NCBI GenBank assembly: GCA_039815185.1
Contig: JBCBZT010000031.1
Location: 1-64,000 of the forward strand
DNA: 64,000 nt
Direction of reading: 5' to 3'
Source of the DNA: Cyanobacteria bacterium P01_A01_bin.123
Lineage (GTDB): Bacteria > Cyanobacteriota > Cyanobacteriia > Phormidesmidales > Phormidesmidaceae
The position numbers were made by a program, and so were the translations under genes. Position 1 is the first letter of the stretch, and each line of letters starts with the position of its first letter. Below the pieces are notes generated by a model. It saw nothing but the letters and a program-made list of their open reading frames with translations, did not search any database and was not told where the DNA came from. This document shows positions 33,252 through 43,119 of this stretch, one piece after another.

Positions 33252-35075
33252 ATGAAGGCAGAAACAAAGCAACGCCTTAATGAATCCTTAGTTCAAGAGT
33301 TGCGACAGTTGCTGGGATATATGAGTCGCCGTCGCCAGCGTCAGTTAGGGCTACTTCTCTTGCTGATGATAGTTTCGTCTTCAAGTGAGGTCCTGAGTTT
33401 AGGGGCAGTAGTACCCTTTTTAGCTGCATTGAGCAATGCGGAGAAATTACTGCGAGATCCGCAATTGGAGTCGGTGCTGATGCTGTTTCAGATCAAAACA
33501 ACAGTACAGCTAGTGACGAGTTTGGCTCTGATATTTATGACCGCAGTGATTGTAGCTAATGGGTTGCGAATTTTGACGATTAATGCACAAACCTATCTAG
33601 CTGCCAGAATCTCAAGCGATTTGAGCTGCCAGCTTTACAGCAATACGCTGATCCAGCCCTATCGTTTTCATGTGCAGCATAATAGCAGCGATCTAATAAG
33701 TACAGTCACAGGAGATACGCGCGCGCTAACCGTTAAAATTTTGATCCCAATGTTGGGGCTAATAACCAATAGCTTTGTGGTGTTGGCTTTAGTTGGAGGG
33801 CTTATCCTAATCGATGCTCGAGTAGCAATAACAGCGACCATAGTCTTAGGTAGTACTTATGTGGGGCTATATCACCTACGGCGAAATTTGTTAGCACGCA
33901 ATAGCCAGATACTAGTACAGAGTAATCATCAGCAGATCAAGGTAGTACAGGAAAGTTTGGGAGGTATCCGCGATGTTTTGTTGGGGGGAACTCAAGAATT
34001 CTTTCAGTCAGCCTATGAGAAAGCAGATCGCCCCTTTCGCCAGGTTACAGCCTCAAATCAGGTGATCGCTCAAACCCCCCGATACATTATTGAAGCACTG
34101 GCAATGATAGCTATCGGGCTGTTAGCCCTAAGTTTAGGTCGGGGAGATGATTTTAGTCAGGCAATCCCAATATTGGGGAGTTTGGCTTTAGGGGCTAATC
34201 GGCTTCTGCCAGCCCTGCAGCAATCATTCTCGGCGTTGGTCAAGATCCAGGGAGCACGCGTTTCTTTGCGGAGAATTCTAAGGGGTTTAAAGCGCTCAGC
34301 TGCCCCAATGCAGATGTGGATCCCCAGTGTTGGCTTACCGCTTGAAGATGAACTTCGGTTTGAAAATGTCTGGTTTCGCTATAGTGATGATTCTGATTGG
34401 GTATTGCAGGATTTGAATTTGAGCATTGAGCCCCGAACTACTGTCGGATTTGTAGGCAGTACGGGGAGCGGGAAAAGTACGACAGCAGACCTAATGTTAG
34501 GTCTGTTGAAACCTCAAAGAGGAACGATTTGGATTGATGGACAACCCCTGGATGGTAAGCGATTGCGGCAGTGGCAACACGGTATTGCCCATGTGCCCCA
34601 GAGCATTTTTCTAGCTGATGCCACAATCTTAGAGAATATTGCCTTTGGAATTCCTAAGGATCAAATTAATTTCGAGCAAGTGTATGAGGTAGCTCGATTA
34701 GCAAAAATAGATGAGTTCATTCGGGGACTACCCAATCAGTATGAGACTTTTGTAGGAGAGCGCGGGGTACGGTTATCGGGGGGGCAACGGCAGCGGATTG
34801 GGATAGCGCGGGCATTGTATCGGCAAGCATCAGTGATTGTATTTGATGAGGCAACAAGTGCCCTAGACAATGCAACTGAGAAAGAAGTTATGGCTGCAAT
34901 TAATGGATTAAGTCATCACTTTACGATTATTCTGATTGCTCATCGATTAAGCACGGTCGAAAAATGCGACAAGATTTTTGAACTACATCAAGGGTGCTCA
35001 GTTGCTCAGGGTAATTATCACGACTTAATAAAAGAGAGTTCAAGCTTTCGCTTAATGAGTCAAGGTTTAAAGTGA
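33252..35075 (+). CDS. Fused ABC transporter permease/ATPase, PglK/HepA-like glycan flippase
   Basis: TM domain plus GSTGSGKST, LSGGQRQR, FDEATSALD; first gene of the glycan operon. Confidence 0.85.
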   Translation: MKAETKQRLNESLVQELRQLLGYMSRRRQRQLGLLLLLMIVSSSSEVLSLGAVVPFLAALSNAEKLLRDPQLESVLMLFQIKTTVQLVTSLALIFMTAVIVANGLRILTINAQTYLAARISSDLSCQLYSNTLIQPYRFHVQHNSSDLISTVTGDTRALTVKILIPMLGLITNSFVVLALVGGLILIDARVAITATIVLGSTYVGLYHLRRNLLARNSQILVQSNHQQIKVVQESLGGIRDVLLGGTQEFFQSAYEKADRPFRQVTASNQVIAQTPRYIIEALAMIAIGLLALSLGRGDDFSQAIPILGSLALGANRLLPALQQSFSALVKIQGARVSLRRILRGLKRSAAPMQMWIPSVGLPLEDELRFENVWFRYSDDSDWVLQDLNLSIEPRTTVGFVGSTGSGKSTTADLMLGLLKPQRGTIWIDGQPLDGKRLRQWQHGIAHVPQSIFLADATILENIAFGIPKDQINFEQVYEVARLAKIDEFIRGLPNQYETFVGERGVRLSGGQRQRIGIARALYRQASVIVFDEATSALDNATEKEVMAAINGLSHHFTIILIAHRLSTVEKCDKIFELHQGCSVAQGNYHDLIKESSSFRLMSQGLK

Positions 35076-35161
35076 ATTTCTCTTGAATGCGTTTCTCCAA
35101 TCAAGTCATTCTGGGGAATTAGCTATTAATAAGATTAGGAAGAGGTACCAAATCTTGAAAT

Positions 35162-36028
35162 ATGAAGCTTATTAGCGAAAAGACAAAGCCTCTGATCAAA
35201 AAGAGCCGACGTGTATATAGATTGGCAACGGCGCAGTTTCGTGTCTTACCAGATTTTATAATTGTTGGGGCACAAAAATCTGGTACTACAAGCTTATTTA
35301 AGTATTTATCTCAACACCCAAAAATATTGCATAGTAGCCCCAAAGAAATACTTTATTTTGATGGAGGAACAAATCCTAAAATTGATAATTACGAAAAGGG
35401 GCTTAATTGGTATAGATCTCATTTCCCATTAAGATTTCAGATGAAAGAAGGCTACGTAACAGGTGAGGCATCTCCACTTTACTTATTTAACTCAAAAGTA
35501 CCTGGGAGAATCAGTAAAGTGCTGCCTGATGTCAAAATTCTCGTTCTTCTTAGGAACCCTGTCGATAGAGCCATCTCACACTATTTTCATCAAGTAAGGA
35601 TAGGGAAAGAAACCTTGCCAATTATGGAAGCCATGACGGCAGAAGCAAGTAGGCTTGAGAAAGCCCTAAAAGCAGGCAATTCTAGAGATGACAGCTTTAT
35701 TAGGTATTCGTATAAGACCAGAGGTTATTATAAAGAACAACTCGCAAGGTATTTTAATTATTTCCCAAGGAAACAAATTCTGATCCTAAAAAGTGAAGAT
35801 TTATTTGGCAAGGTAACGACCATTTTGGAGCAGGTGTTTTGTTTTTTGGGGCTCGATAAGGACGTGTTAATTAAGGATTTGCAGCCAAGAAATACGCTGA
35901 ACTGTAATAAGGAACTAATGAAGCAAAGAGAAGAAATAGCTCCAGAGATTTATCGTTTCCTAGAAGAGCACTTCTTACCTTATAATCTTAAGCTTTATGA
36001 TTTCTTAGAAGATTTTTGTGGATGGTAA
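35162..36028 (+). CDS. PAPS-dependent sulfotransferase
   Basis: PDFIIVGAQKSGTTSL, GEASP, LLRNPVDRAISHY. Confidence 0.92.
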   Translation: MKLISEKTKPLIKKSRRVYRLATAQFRVLPDFIIVGAQKSGTTSLFKYLSQHPKILHSSPKEILYFDGGTNPKIDNYEKGLNWYRSHFPLRFQMKEGYVTGEASPLYLFNSKVPGRISKVLPDVKILVLLRNPVDRAISHYFHQVRIGKETLPIMEAMTAEASRLEKALKAGNSRDDSFIRYSYKTRGYYKEQLARYFNYFPRKQILILKSEDLFGKVTTILEQVFCFLGLDKDVLIKDLQPRNTLNCNKELMKQREEIAPEIYRFLEEHFLPYNLKLYDFLEDFCGW

Positions 36029-36220
36029 TCACGTGAATAACCTGGTTAAATGCTCCATGCTTCTTTAGACTGTATCTCTAAATGTACAATCATAACTAGA
36101 CTTCCAGACAGCATTTCCTCTGATTTAGCCATAGTCGTTAGTTCAGTAAAGTTTTCATAAATAAGGTGATTGGCTAATATATTGGGAAAATCATTAATAA
36201 ACCCTTACTGAAAAATCCCA

Positions 36221-37162
36221 ATGGTGGGTATTGCCGGAAACAACTATTCTATGGCAATAAAGCCAAATTCAATCCAAAGAGTGTTATATAAGATAGATAG
36301 AGATGTTTTGAGAATTTTGGGGTTTTGGCCTTATTTTTATTGCCAAAGAACCCTCGGTTTCCCAATAGTGAAGCTTGAGTTTTACAAAAAAGTTAGATAC
36401 TGGCCAAATCTTAAAAATCCCAAAAGCTTTAACGAGAAAGTTACTCACAAAAAACTGTATGGTCGAAACCCACTATTGCCAATTATTGCTGACAAATATA
36501 GAGTTCGTGAATATGTAAGATCCCTAATCGGGGAAGAGTATCTGATTCCGCTACTTCAAGTATTGGAGACTCCAGAGGAAATAAATTTTGAACTTTTGCC
36601 AGATGAATTTATTATTAAAACCAACTTTTCTTCCGGGCTAAATATTCTAATCGAGAATAAGCATGAGGTAAGGCAGAAAAAAATTAAGGCGCAACTCTCA
36701 CATTGGATGGATATGAAATATGGGTATCGAAATCTTGTTTGGTTTGCTCAAGAAATACCCAGAAAAATATTGATTGAGAGACTTCTTAGAAATAGCAATG
36801 GGGACATACCCTGCGATTATAAATTTTTTGTCTTTCATGGGGAAGTAGAGTTTATTCAGGTGGACTTCGATAGATTTACTAAACATAGTAGAATGCTTTA
36901 TGACAAAGAATGGAAAAAGTTGAATTTTACAATCAGGAACGACTTGCAAAATACTGAAGGCGTGGCAAAACCGAACAATCTTCAGATAATGTTGGAAATC
37001 GCAAAAGAATTGGCAAAAAACTTTTCCTTCATGCGCGTTGATCTATATAGCTGCTCAAACACCATATTTTTTGGAGAACTAACTCCTTTTCCCACATCTG
37101 GACGGACAAGATTTCACCCTCCCAACGTTGACTTTGAGATTGGTAAATTATGGAAGCTGTAA
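36221..37162 (+). CDS. TupA-like ATP-grasp amidoligase
   Basis: NLKNPKSFNEK, ADKYRVREYV, LPDEFIIK, DYKFFVFHG, MRVDLY, FGELT. Confidence 0.88.
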   Translation: MVGIAGNNYSMAIKPNSIQRVLYKIDRDVLRILGFWPYFYCQRTLGFPIVKLEFYKKVRYWPNLKNPKSFNEKVTHKKLYGRNPLLPIIADKYRVREYVRSLIGEEYLIPLLQVLETPEEINFELLPDEFIIKTNFSSGLNILIENKHEVRQKKIKAQLSHWMDMKYGYRNLVWFAQEIPRKILIERLLRNSNGDIPCDYKFFVFHGEVEFIQVDFDRFTKHSRMLYDKEWKKLNFTIRNDLQNTEGVAKPNNLQIMLEIAKELAKNFSFMRVDLYSCSNTIFFGELTPFPTSGRTRFHPPNVDFEIGKLWKL

Positions 37163-37219
37163 ATGCTCTTCCAGGGCTGGTTGAGTTATAAAAAATGTTT
37201 TTTAAGCCAGTGAACCTTA

Positions 37220-38152
37220 ATGTCTCTAAAATTGACCAGCGCAATCAGCAACCTTAGAGAAAATAGTTTACTGAATTCTTTTACGACCTGGAAAATAGGT
37301 GGCCCAGCACGCTGGTTGACAGAACCAACAACGCGTGAATTGCCTGATTTAATAGCTCAGGCTTCTCAACAAGAAATACCTGTTTACTTTATAGGTCGTG
37401 GTTCTAATATATTGGTTGACGATGCGGGATTGCCAGGTTTAGTAATTTTGACCCGGAATTCGATGACGGAGCTCCGACGGAAGGGAAATCAAATTATTGC
37501 AGGAAGTGGTGTATTTTTACCCCATCTATCCAAATTTGCAGCTCGAGAAGGATTTTCTGGGTTTGAGTTTCTAATTGGTATTCCTGGTACGGTAGGTGGA
37601 GCTGTAACAATGAATGCGGGTTTAACAGTTTTCCGGCCTCGCGAAATGGTATCTATCGTTGAAAACTTTGATATTGTGAATCCTGATGGCAGCATTGAAA
37701 CATTGACGATGGATGACGTTCGTGCGGGCTATCGCAAGACCAATCTATTAGATGGAAGGAGATTTGTTTTACAAGTCCGCTTCCGCTTAGAGCATAAGGG
37801 AGAGCCAGAAAAAATCCGTCGCGATACACTCAGTCACCTTTCAGAACGTAAACGCAAGCAGCCTTTAGATAAGCCTACTGCTGGTAGCACATTTAAGTCA
37901 CCACTCGGTAGTAAAGGGGCAGGTTGGTATATAGAACAAGCTGGCCTCAAAGGGTTCAAAATTGGCGGGGCGCGAGTGAGTCCAGTACATGCCAACTGGA
38001 TTGAAAACTTAGGTGAGGCAACGGCGGCAGATGTGCGGAAATTAATAGTGCATATTCAGAGTATAGTTGAGGTTCGCTGTGAGATAAAGCTTGAGCCTGA
38101 AGTGATTTTTTTGAGTAATAACAGGTCACTCCATGATACAGACTTTAGTTAA
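37220..38152 (+). CDS. murB: UDP-N-acetylenolpyruvoylglucosamine reductase paralog inside the polysaccharide locus
   Basis: KIGGPA, GRGSN, GIPGTVGGAVTMNAG, KQP...AGSTFK, HANWIEN, LEPEV. Confidence 0.92.
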   Translation: MSLKLTSAISNLRENSLLNSFTTWKIGGPARWLTEPTTRELPDLIAQASQQEIPVYFIGRGSNILVDDAGLPGLVILTRNSMTELRRKGNQIIAGSGVFLPHLSKFAAREGFSGFEFLIGIPGTVGGAVTMNAGLTVFRPREMVSIVENFDIVNPDGSIETLTMDDVRAGYRKTNLLDGRRFVLQVRFRLEHKGEPEKIRRDTLSHLSERKRKQPLDKPTAGSTFKSPLGSKGAGWYIEQAGLKGFKIGGARVSPVHANWIENLGEATAADVRKLIVHIQSIVEVRCEIKLEPEVIFLSNNRSLHDTDFS

Positions 38153-39449
38153 TACAGCAGGAACGGAATCTTTGAGAATGGAGGTTCGTGGGCCGCAGAT
38201 ACCTTCAGGCGTAGTACAAGTAAGTGGGGCAAAGAACGCGGCTACTCGTTTGATGGCTGCAGCTATGCTCACAGATGAACCTGTTGTTCTACTCAATTTT
38301 CCAACTGAGCTAGTTGACGCGCGCTACAAAGCTAAGTTTATTGAGGCTATGGCTGGCAAAGTGAACTTTGATGCCGCTTCATCAATCGCTTTTTTGGATT
38401 GTTCCAAATTACTTCCTACAGAGTTAGAAGACTATAGCTTTCCCATTCGAACAACCTATCTTCTAGCTGCAGGCCAGCTATATAGGCGTGGTGTAGCATT
38501 TGTTCCTTACCCTGGAGGGTGTAAGCTTGGAGACCGGAAATATGATTTACATCTTATGGTATGGAAATCTCTTGGCTGCCATGTAGAAGAAAAATCTAAT
38601 CATATTAAAGTCTCAGGTCTGCTAAGAGGGGGAGAGATCCATTTTCCTATATCCACTGTAGGAGGCACAGAGAATGCTTTATTGTGTGCTTCTGTGTCCA
38701 AAGGGAAATCTAGAATTTATAACGCATATATTACCCCTGAAATTGAGAATTTGATTGGATTGCTGACTCTGATGGGAGCTAAGATCTGCGTTCAAGGAAT
38801 CAGCCAAATTGAGGTGGAAGGAGTCGATTATCTGAGGGGAGCGACGATTCCTGTCATTCCAGATCGCATTGAAGCATTGACCTGGTTAGTTTTTGCAGCC
38901 ATATCTGGAGGCGATATTTTAGTTGAAAATGTCCCTTTCGATATCATGAAGATTCCGCTGCTCCACCTTAGACAAATTGGGTTAGATTTTTTCTCTAATT
39001 CAACATCCATTTGGGTATCAAGTAAAGCAAAAGCTCTACCAGATCTCCAACCTTTTGAAGTTGCTTGCGGCACCTACCCTGGAATCATTTCAGATATGCA
39101 GCCACTTTTTGTGTTGCTTGCACTTCACGCTAGAGGCCGAAGTACAGTCATTGATTATCGTTATCCAAACCGTACTGCTTACCTAAAAGAGCTATCTAAG
39201 TTCTATCCTGGCTGCATTAAATGGGAACCTGGAAAAATTGTTGTTGAAGGCCCGAATAGTCCGATAGGTGCTACTGCTAACTCAACCGATTTACGTGGAA
39301 GCATAGCATTAGTTTTGGCAGGAGTATTAGCGAATGGTGAAAGTCAAATAAAGAGGATTGAGATGGCATTGAGAGGATACAATTATCTAGCTGAGAAATT
39401 CTCAGCTATGAGAATAGATATTTCCATTTCTCAGCTTCTGAAAAAATAG
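38133..39449 (+). CDS. murA: Divergent UDP-sugar enolpyruvyl transferase (MurA paralog)
   Basis: SGAKNA, PGGCKLGDR, VGGTEN, PDRIEA, YPGIISDMQ, TDLRG, RGY. Confidence 0.9.
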   Translation: MIQTLVNTAGTESLRMEVRGPQIPSGVVQVSGAKNAATRLMAAAMLTDEPVVLLNFPTELVDARYKAKFIEAMAGKVNFDAASSIAFLDCSKLLPTELEDYSFPIRTTYLLAAGQLYRRGVAFVPYPGGCKLGDRKYDLHLMVWKSLGCHVEEKSNHIKVSGLLRGGEIHFPISTVGGTENALLCASVSKGKSRIYNAYITPEIENLIGLLTLMGAKICVQGISQIEVEGVDYLRGATIPVIPDRIEALTWLVFAAISGGDILVENVPFDIMKIPLLHLRQIGLDFFSNSTSIWVSSKAKALPDLQPFEVACGTYPGIISDMQPLFVLLALHARGRSTVIDYRYPNRTAYLKELSKFYPGCIKWEPGKIVVEGPNSPIGATANSTDLRGSIALVLAGVLANGESQIKRIEMALRGYNYLAEKFSAMRIDISISQLLKK

Positions 39450-39486
39450 ACTAACTGATTTATGATTCACCTTAGAGGAGCTAGTT

Positions 39487-40536
39487 GTGAGCAAGCTATT
39501 AACTGTAGTTACATCTACATACAATAAAGGCGATCGCAACCGAGCATCAATACAGAGCATTCTTGATCAAACATATCGAGATTTTGATTACATTGTTGTT
39601 AATGACGGTTCTTCTGATCATACAAAAGCCGTCTTAAACGAGTTTAGAGATCCGAGATTAAAAATAATCCATCAAGAGAACAAGAGTTTTGTTAAAACTA
39701 TGTGTTCAGTCATGAGCCAGATAAACACACCTTATGTGGCTATCCAAGGTGCTGGTGATATCTCTTTACCAAAACGCTTTGAGATTCAATTGAAATATCT
39801 TGCTAAGCGCAAAGATTTAGGGGCTGTCGGTTGTAACTTCAGCTATATTGACGAAGTCGGCAAAATCATTAAATTCCCTGAATCTGAATATATAGAGTAT
39901 ACTTCAGTTGAACAAATGATTGATAGAAATATCTTTAACCATGGTGAAGTCATGCTTCGCTTAGAGAGTTATCAAAGCGTTGGTGGCTATAGATCATTCT
40001 TTGTTTATTCTCAAGATCGTGATTTGTGGCTAAGACTACTTGAAATTTGTAAAATAGCCCGTTTGCCAGAACATCTTTATTCTAAAGTTATTAGTATCGG
40101 CAAAGATATTTCAGGCAACCCTTCAAAGGTCGAGAAGCAAGCCCTTTATAGTTTATTTAATAGATACTTAGCAAAAAGAAGACTTGACAATATACCTGAT
40201 CCTCAGACAGGTGTCGAAATGGAAGCTCTATTCGAGAGTTATGTTCGGCAACTTCCAGAGCATAAAAAGCTAGAAGTCGCCAATGAAATTTTCAGATCGG
40301 GCGTGAGGTTCTCTTTAGAGAATTTAGACAAAAAATTTAATCCCGAAGCCGCAGTTGAAATCATCAAGAAATATAATCCTGAACATCCTTGGGTAAAAAG
40401 GGTTCTGCTTGCGCAAAAGTTCGATCAGTATATCATTGGTGGCAAACCAATTTACAGCTTAATGTCAAGCGCCGAGTCTGTTTTAAGACGGCTAAAAAGA
40501 CGCCTTAATTATAAGCTCAAGGCTTTCAAAATATAA
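39487..40536 (+). CDS. Glycosyltransferase family 2
   Basis: TYN, SILDQTYRDF, VNDGSSD, QDRDLWLRL. Confidence 0.9.
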   Translation: MSKLLTVVTSTYNKGDRNRASIQSILDQTYRDFDYIVVNDGSSDHTKAVLNEFRDPRLKIIHQENKSFVKTMCSVMSQINTPYVAIQGAGDISLPKRFEIQLKYLAKRKDLGAVGCNFSYIDEVGKIIKFPESEYIEYTSVEQMIDRNIFNHGEVMLRLESYQSVGGYRSFFVYSQDRDLWLRLLEICKIARLPEHLYSKVISIGKDISGNPSKVEKQALYSLFNRYLAKRRLDNIPDPQTGVEMEALFESYVRQLPEHKKLEVANEIFRSGVRFSLENLDKKFNPEAAVEIIKKYNPEHPWVKRVLLAQKFDQYIIGGKPIYSLMSSAESVLRRLKRRLNYKLKAFKI

Positions 40537-40633
40537 ACGAGTTTTTATGAAGTAAGCTTTGATCTGAGCTTTGTAATTTTAATAAACATGACATAACTCA
40601 TCTTGCAAAACATTTCTTGAATTCAAAGAGGGT

Positions 40634-41803
40634 ATGAAACTAGCTTATATTGCTCAATCGACTGTCCCGTCACGTTCTGCAGACAGTATTCATGTGATGA
40701 AGATGTGTCAGGCGTTTCATGGTAATGGCCATGATGTTCATCTCCTTTTACCCAACAAATATTGCGATCGCGAGATAGAGGTCAAGAACTCTTTTGATTA
40801 TTATAATGTTGAGCCATGCTTCACTATTTCTTATTTCCCATGGCTTGCTATAAAGGGGCGGGCTTATTTTTATGGGTGGTCTGTAGCAAGACGAGCTAAA
40901 AATCTCAAGCCTGATCTAGTGTATGGGCGAGATATTATTGGCTGTTATTTTGCTTCTACGAATAGACTACCAGTTATCTTTGAATCACATACGCCTATTG
41001 CCCAGTCAGGAAAAATAGCTACCTGGTTATTCAATCATCTAATAAAGCAGCCAACTTTCCAGTATTTAGTTGTGATTACACAATCTCTAAAGCAGTGGTA
41101 CCTAGATCACTATAATGTTTTGCAGGGAAAAATAGTAGTTGCTGCTGATGGTGCAGATCTACCTGAGGGTGCTTTAGAAGATCATTTATCCCCGTTGCCA
41201 AATCAAAAACAAAGCCGGTTTCGAGTTGCCTATATTGGTCATTTATATCCAGGGAAGGGGATGGAAGTTATTTCAAAGCTAGTGATGCTTTGCCCCGACA
41301 TCGAGTTTCACATAGTTGGCGATCCTGAGAAAGATGTTGCTTATTGGAGTCATTATCTCCGTAAGCATGAAAATGTTATCTTCCACGGATACCGCCCACA
41401 TTCAGCAATACATAATATTATGAGGCAAATGGATATTCTTATATCCCCAAATCTTAAGCGGATTGAATTGCCAGGCAAAAATGCTCACGATATAGGCAGA
41501 TGGACATCACCGTTAAAAATATTTGAATATATGGCGGCTCGTAAACCTATTGTGGCATCTGATGTAGAAGTCTTGCGTGAGGTTCTTGAAAACGAGAGGA
41601 ATGCTTTGCTATGTAATCCTGATGATTTGGAAGCGTGGAAAATAGCGCTATACCGACTTAAATCTAGCTCATCTCTATCGCGGAAACTATCTCAAAATGC
41701 ATATAAAGATTTGAGTTCTAAGTATACTTGGAAGGTTAGAGGACGACGAGTTTTGAGTCAACAAAATTTGGTGGATTCTTGTCTATCTAGGAGCACTCAT
41801 TAA
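40634..41803 (+). CDS. Glycosyltransferase family 4
   Basis: YIGHLYPGKG, SPLKIFEYMA...PIVASD. Confidence 0.9.
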   Translation: MKLAYIAQSTVPSRSADSIHVMKMCQAFHGNGHDVHLLLPNKYCDREIEVKNSFDYYNVEPCFTISYFPWLAIKGRAYFYGWSVARRAKNLKPDLVYGRDIIGCYFASTNRLPVIFESHTPIAQSGKIATWLFNHLIKQPTFQYLVVITQSLKQWYLDHYNVLQGKIVVAADGADLPEGALEDHLSPLPNQKQSRFRVAYIGHLYPGKGMEVISKLVMLCPDIEFHIVGDPEKDVAYWSHYLRKHENVIFHGYRPHSAIHNIMRQMDILISPNLKRIELPGKNAHDIGRWTSPLKIFEYMAARKPIVASDVEVLREVLENERNALLCNPDDLEAWKIALYRLKSSSSLSRKLSQNAYKDLSSKYTWKVRGRRVLSQQNLVDSCLSRSTH

Positions 41804-41811
41804 GTATCGAC

Positions 41812-42993
41812 ATGCCGGATTTTGATTTTTCACCCTATGGATTAACGGGAAACTTATTAGGTATAGCGTTTTGTACGGCCGCCGTAAGTTATTTAGTGGC
41901 ATTGTTATACCTTGAACCTCTAAAAGCTATTATGGTAGTGCTCTTTAAATTTTCTCTTCCAGTAATTTACTTTGCTTTCTTCTTTAATGGAAGCTGGACT
42001 TTCGTAGATGACTTTGAATACTTAAGACTGGGTCGTGAGCTCATCAGTCAGGGGTATGAGCCTTTAACCGCCTTGATTTCCTCGGAAGGGCGAGAAACGC
42101 TACGAAGTTTAGCAGGTGGGACACATATTCTTTATATTTGGTGGAATTCTTTAGCTGAAAATCTGTTTGGTTCTTATTATTACTCACCTGTTTTCTTAAA
42201 TATATTTCTGACTTTTATTTGTGGTTTTGTGTTTTCAGAAATTCTTAAATTGCTAGATTTTATTTGTAAGTATAGACGCCAATTTCTAGTATTTTTCTTA
42301 CTTCAATGGGACATATTAGCATGGTCATCTATCATAAATCAAAAAGATATTATGGTGATGACACTAACTATGTCAGCCTTGTTCTTCGCGCTTAGAATGG
42401 TTAAGAAAAAGAGTTTTGTAGACCTTTGCTGCTTATTGCTTATCTGCTATATCTCTTTATGGTTGAGACGTTATGTTCCAATACTTCTCTTCATATCAAT
42501 TTTGATTTGGCTAACACTCATAACAAAAGGGAGAAATAGAATACTTTTGATTTCTAGTCTTGCTATTATTGCTGCTATCTTTTATTCGAGTTTTTCATCT
42601 TCATTTGGCTTTTTGTCATCAGTCGGATTCTCAGGAATTGTAAGAGCCCCCTTTAATATATTCAGGATGTCAGTTACTCCACAGCCCTGGTCAATTGTTG
42701 ATCATAAACTATTTCTTTTGCCTGTTTCTATCTTTCATTGTGTTTTCTATGTTCCTATGATCATTGGATTGATAGGTCTTTGGAAAACCTCAAAAGAGAT
42801 TTCTTTGATAATTATTTACCTGGCAGTTGGGTTGATCGCGTTTGGTGCTAGTGATTTAGACTTATTGCAAGGTCCTCGCCATCGAATTCAGTTTACCTTT
42901 GCGATTGCGATCGCACAATTCCACTTTCTTTGGATACTTAACAGCTATTTATTTAAGAAAAGATTGGCAAAAAGTCGATTTTTCTATACTTAG
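41812..42993 (+). CDS. Polytopic membrane protein, probable Wzy-like polymerase
   Basis: About 10 hydrophobic segments, DD loop motif, KD and RHR motifs; located among glycosyltransferases. Confidence 0.55.
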   Translation: MPDFDFSPYGLTGNLLGIAFCTAAVSYLVALLYLEPLKAIMVVLFKFSLPVIYFAFFFNGSWTFVDDFEYLRLGRELISQGYEPLTALISSEGRETLRSLAGGTHILYIWWNSLAENLFGSYYYSPVFLNIFLTFICGFVFSEILKLLDFICKYRRQFLVFFLLQWDILAWSSIINQKDIMVMTLTMSALFFALRMVKKKSFVDLCCLLLICYISLWLRRYVPILLFISILIWLTLITKGRNRILLISSLAIIAAIFYSSFSSSFGFLSSVGFSGIVRAPFNIFRMSVTPQPWSIVDHKLFLLPVSIFHCVFYVPMIIGLIGLWKTSKEISLIIIYLAVGLIAFGASDLDLLQGPRHRIQFTFAIAIAQFHFLWILNSYLFKKRLAKSRFFYT

Positions 42994-43119
42994 AATCAGA
43001 AATCAAGCACTTTTTGGGTAGATGCTTTAATGAATTTCTTGGAATGCATGTACCATGCTTTAGCACGGAACAATAACCAGGCTTTATCTACTGATATGTC
43101 ATTATATTGTTGAGCAGCT

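Noticed and set aside
37220..39449. Housekeeping cell-wall (dcw) cluster
   Set aside because: No murC/murG/ddl/fts neighbours, divergent motifs and atypical base composition.
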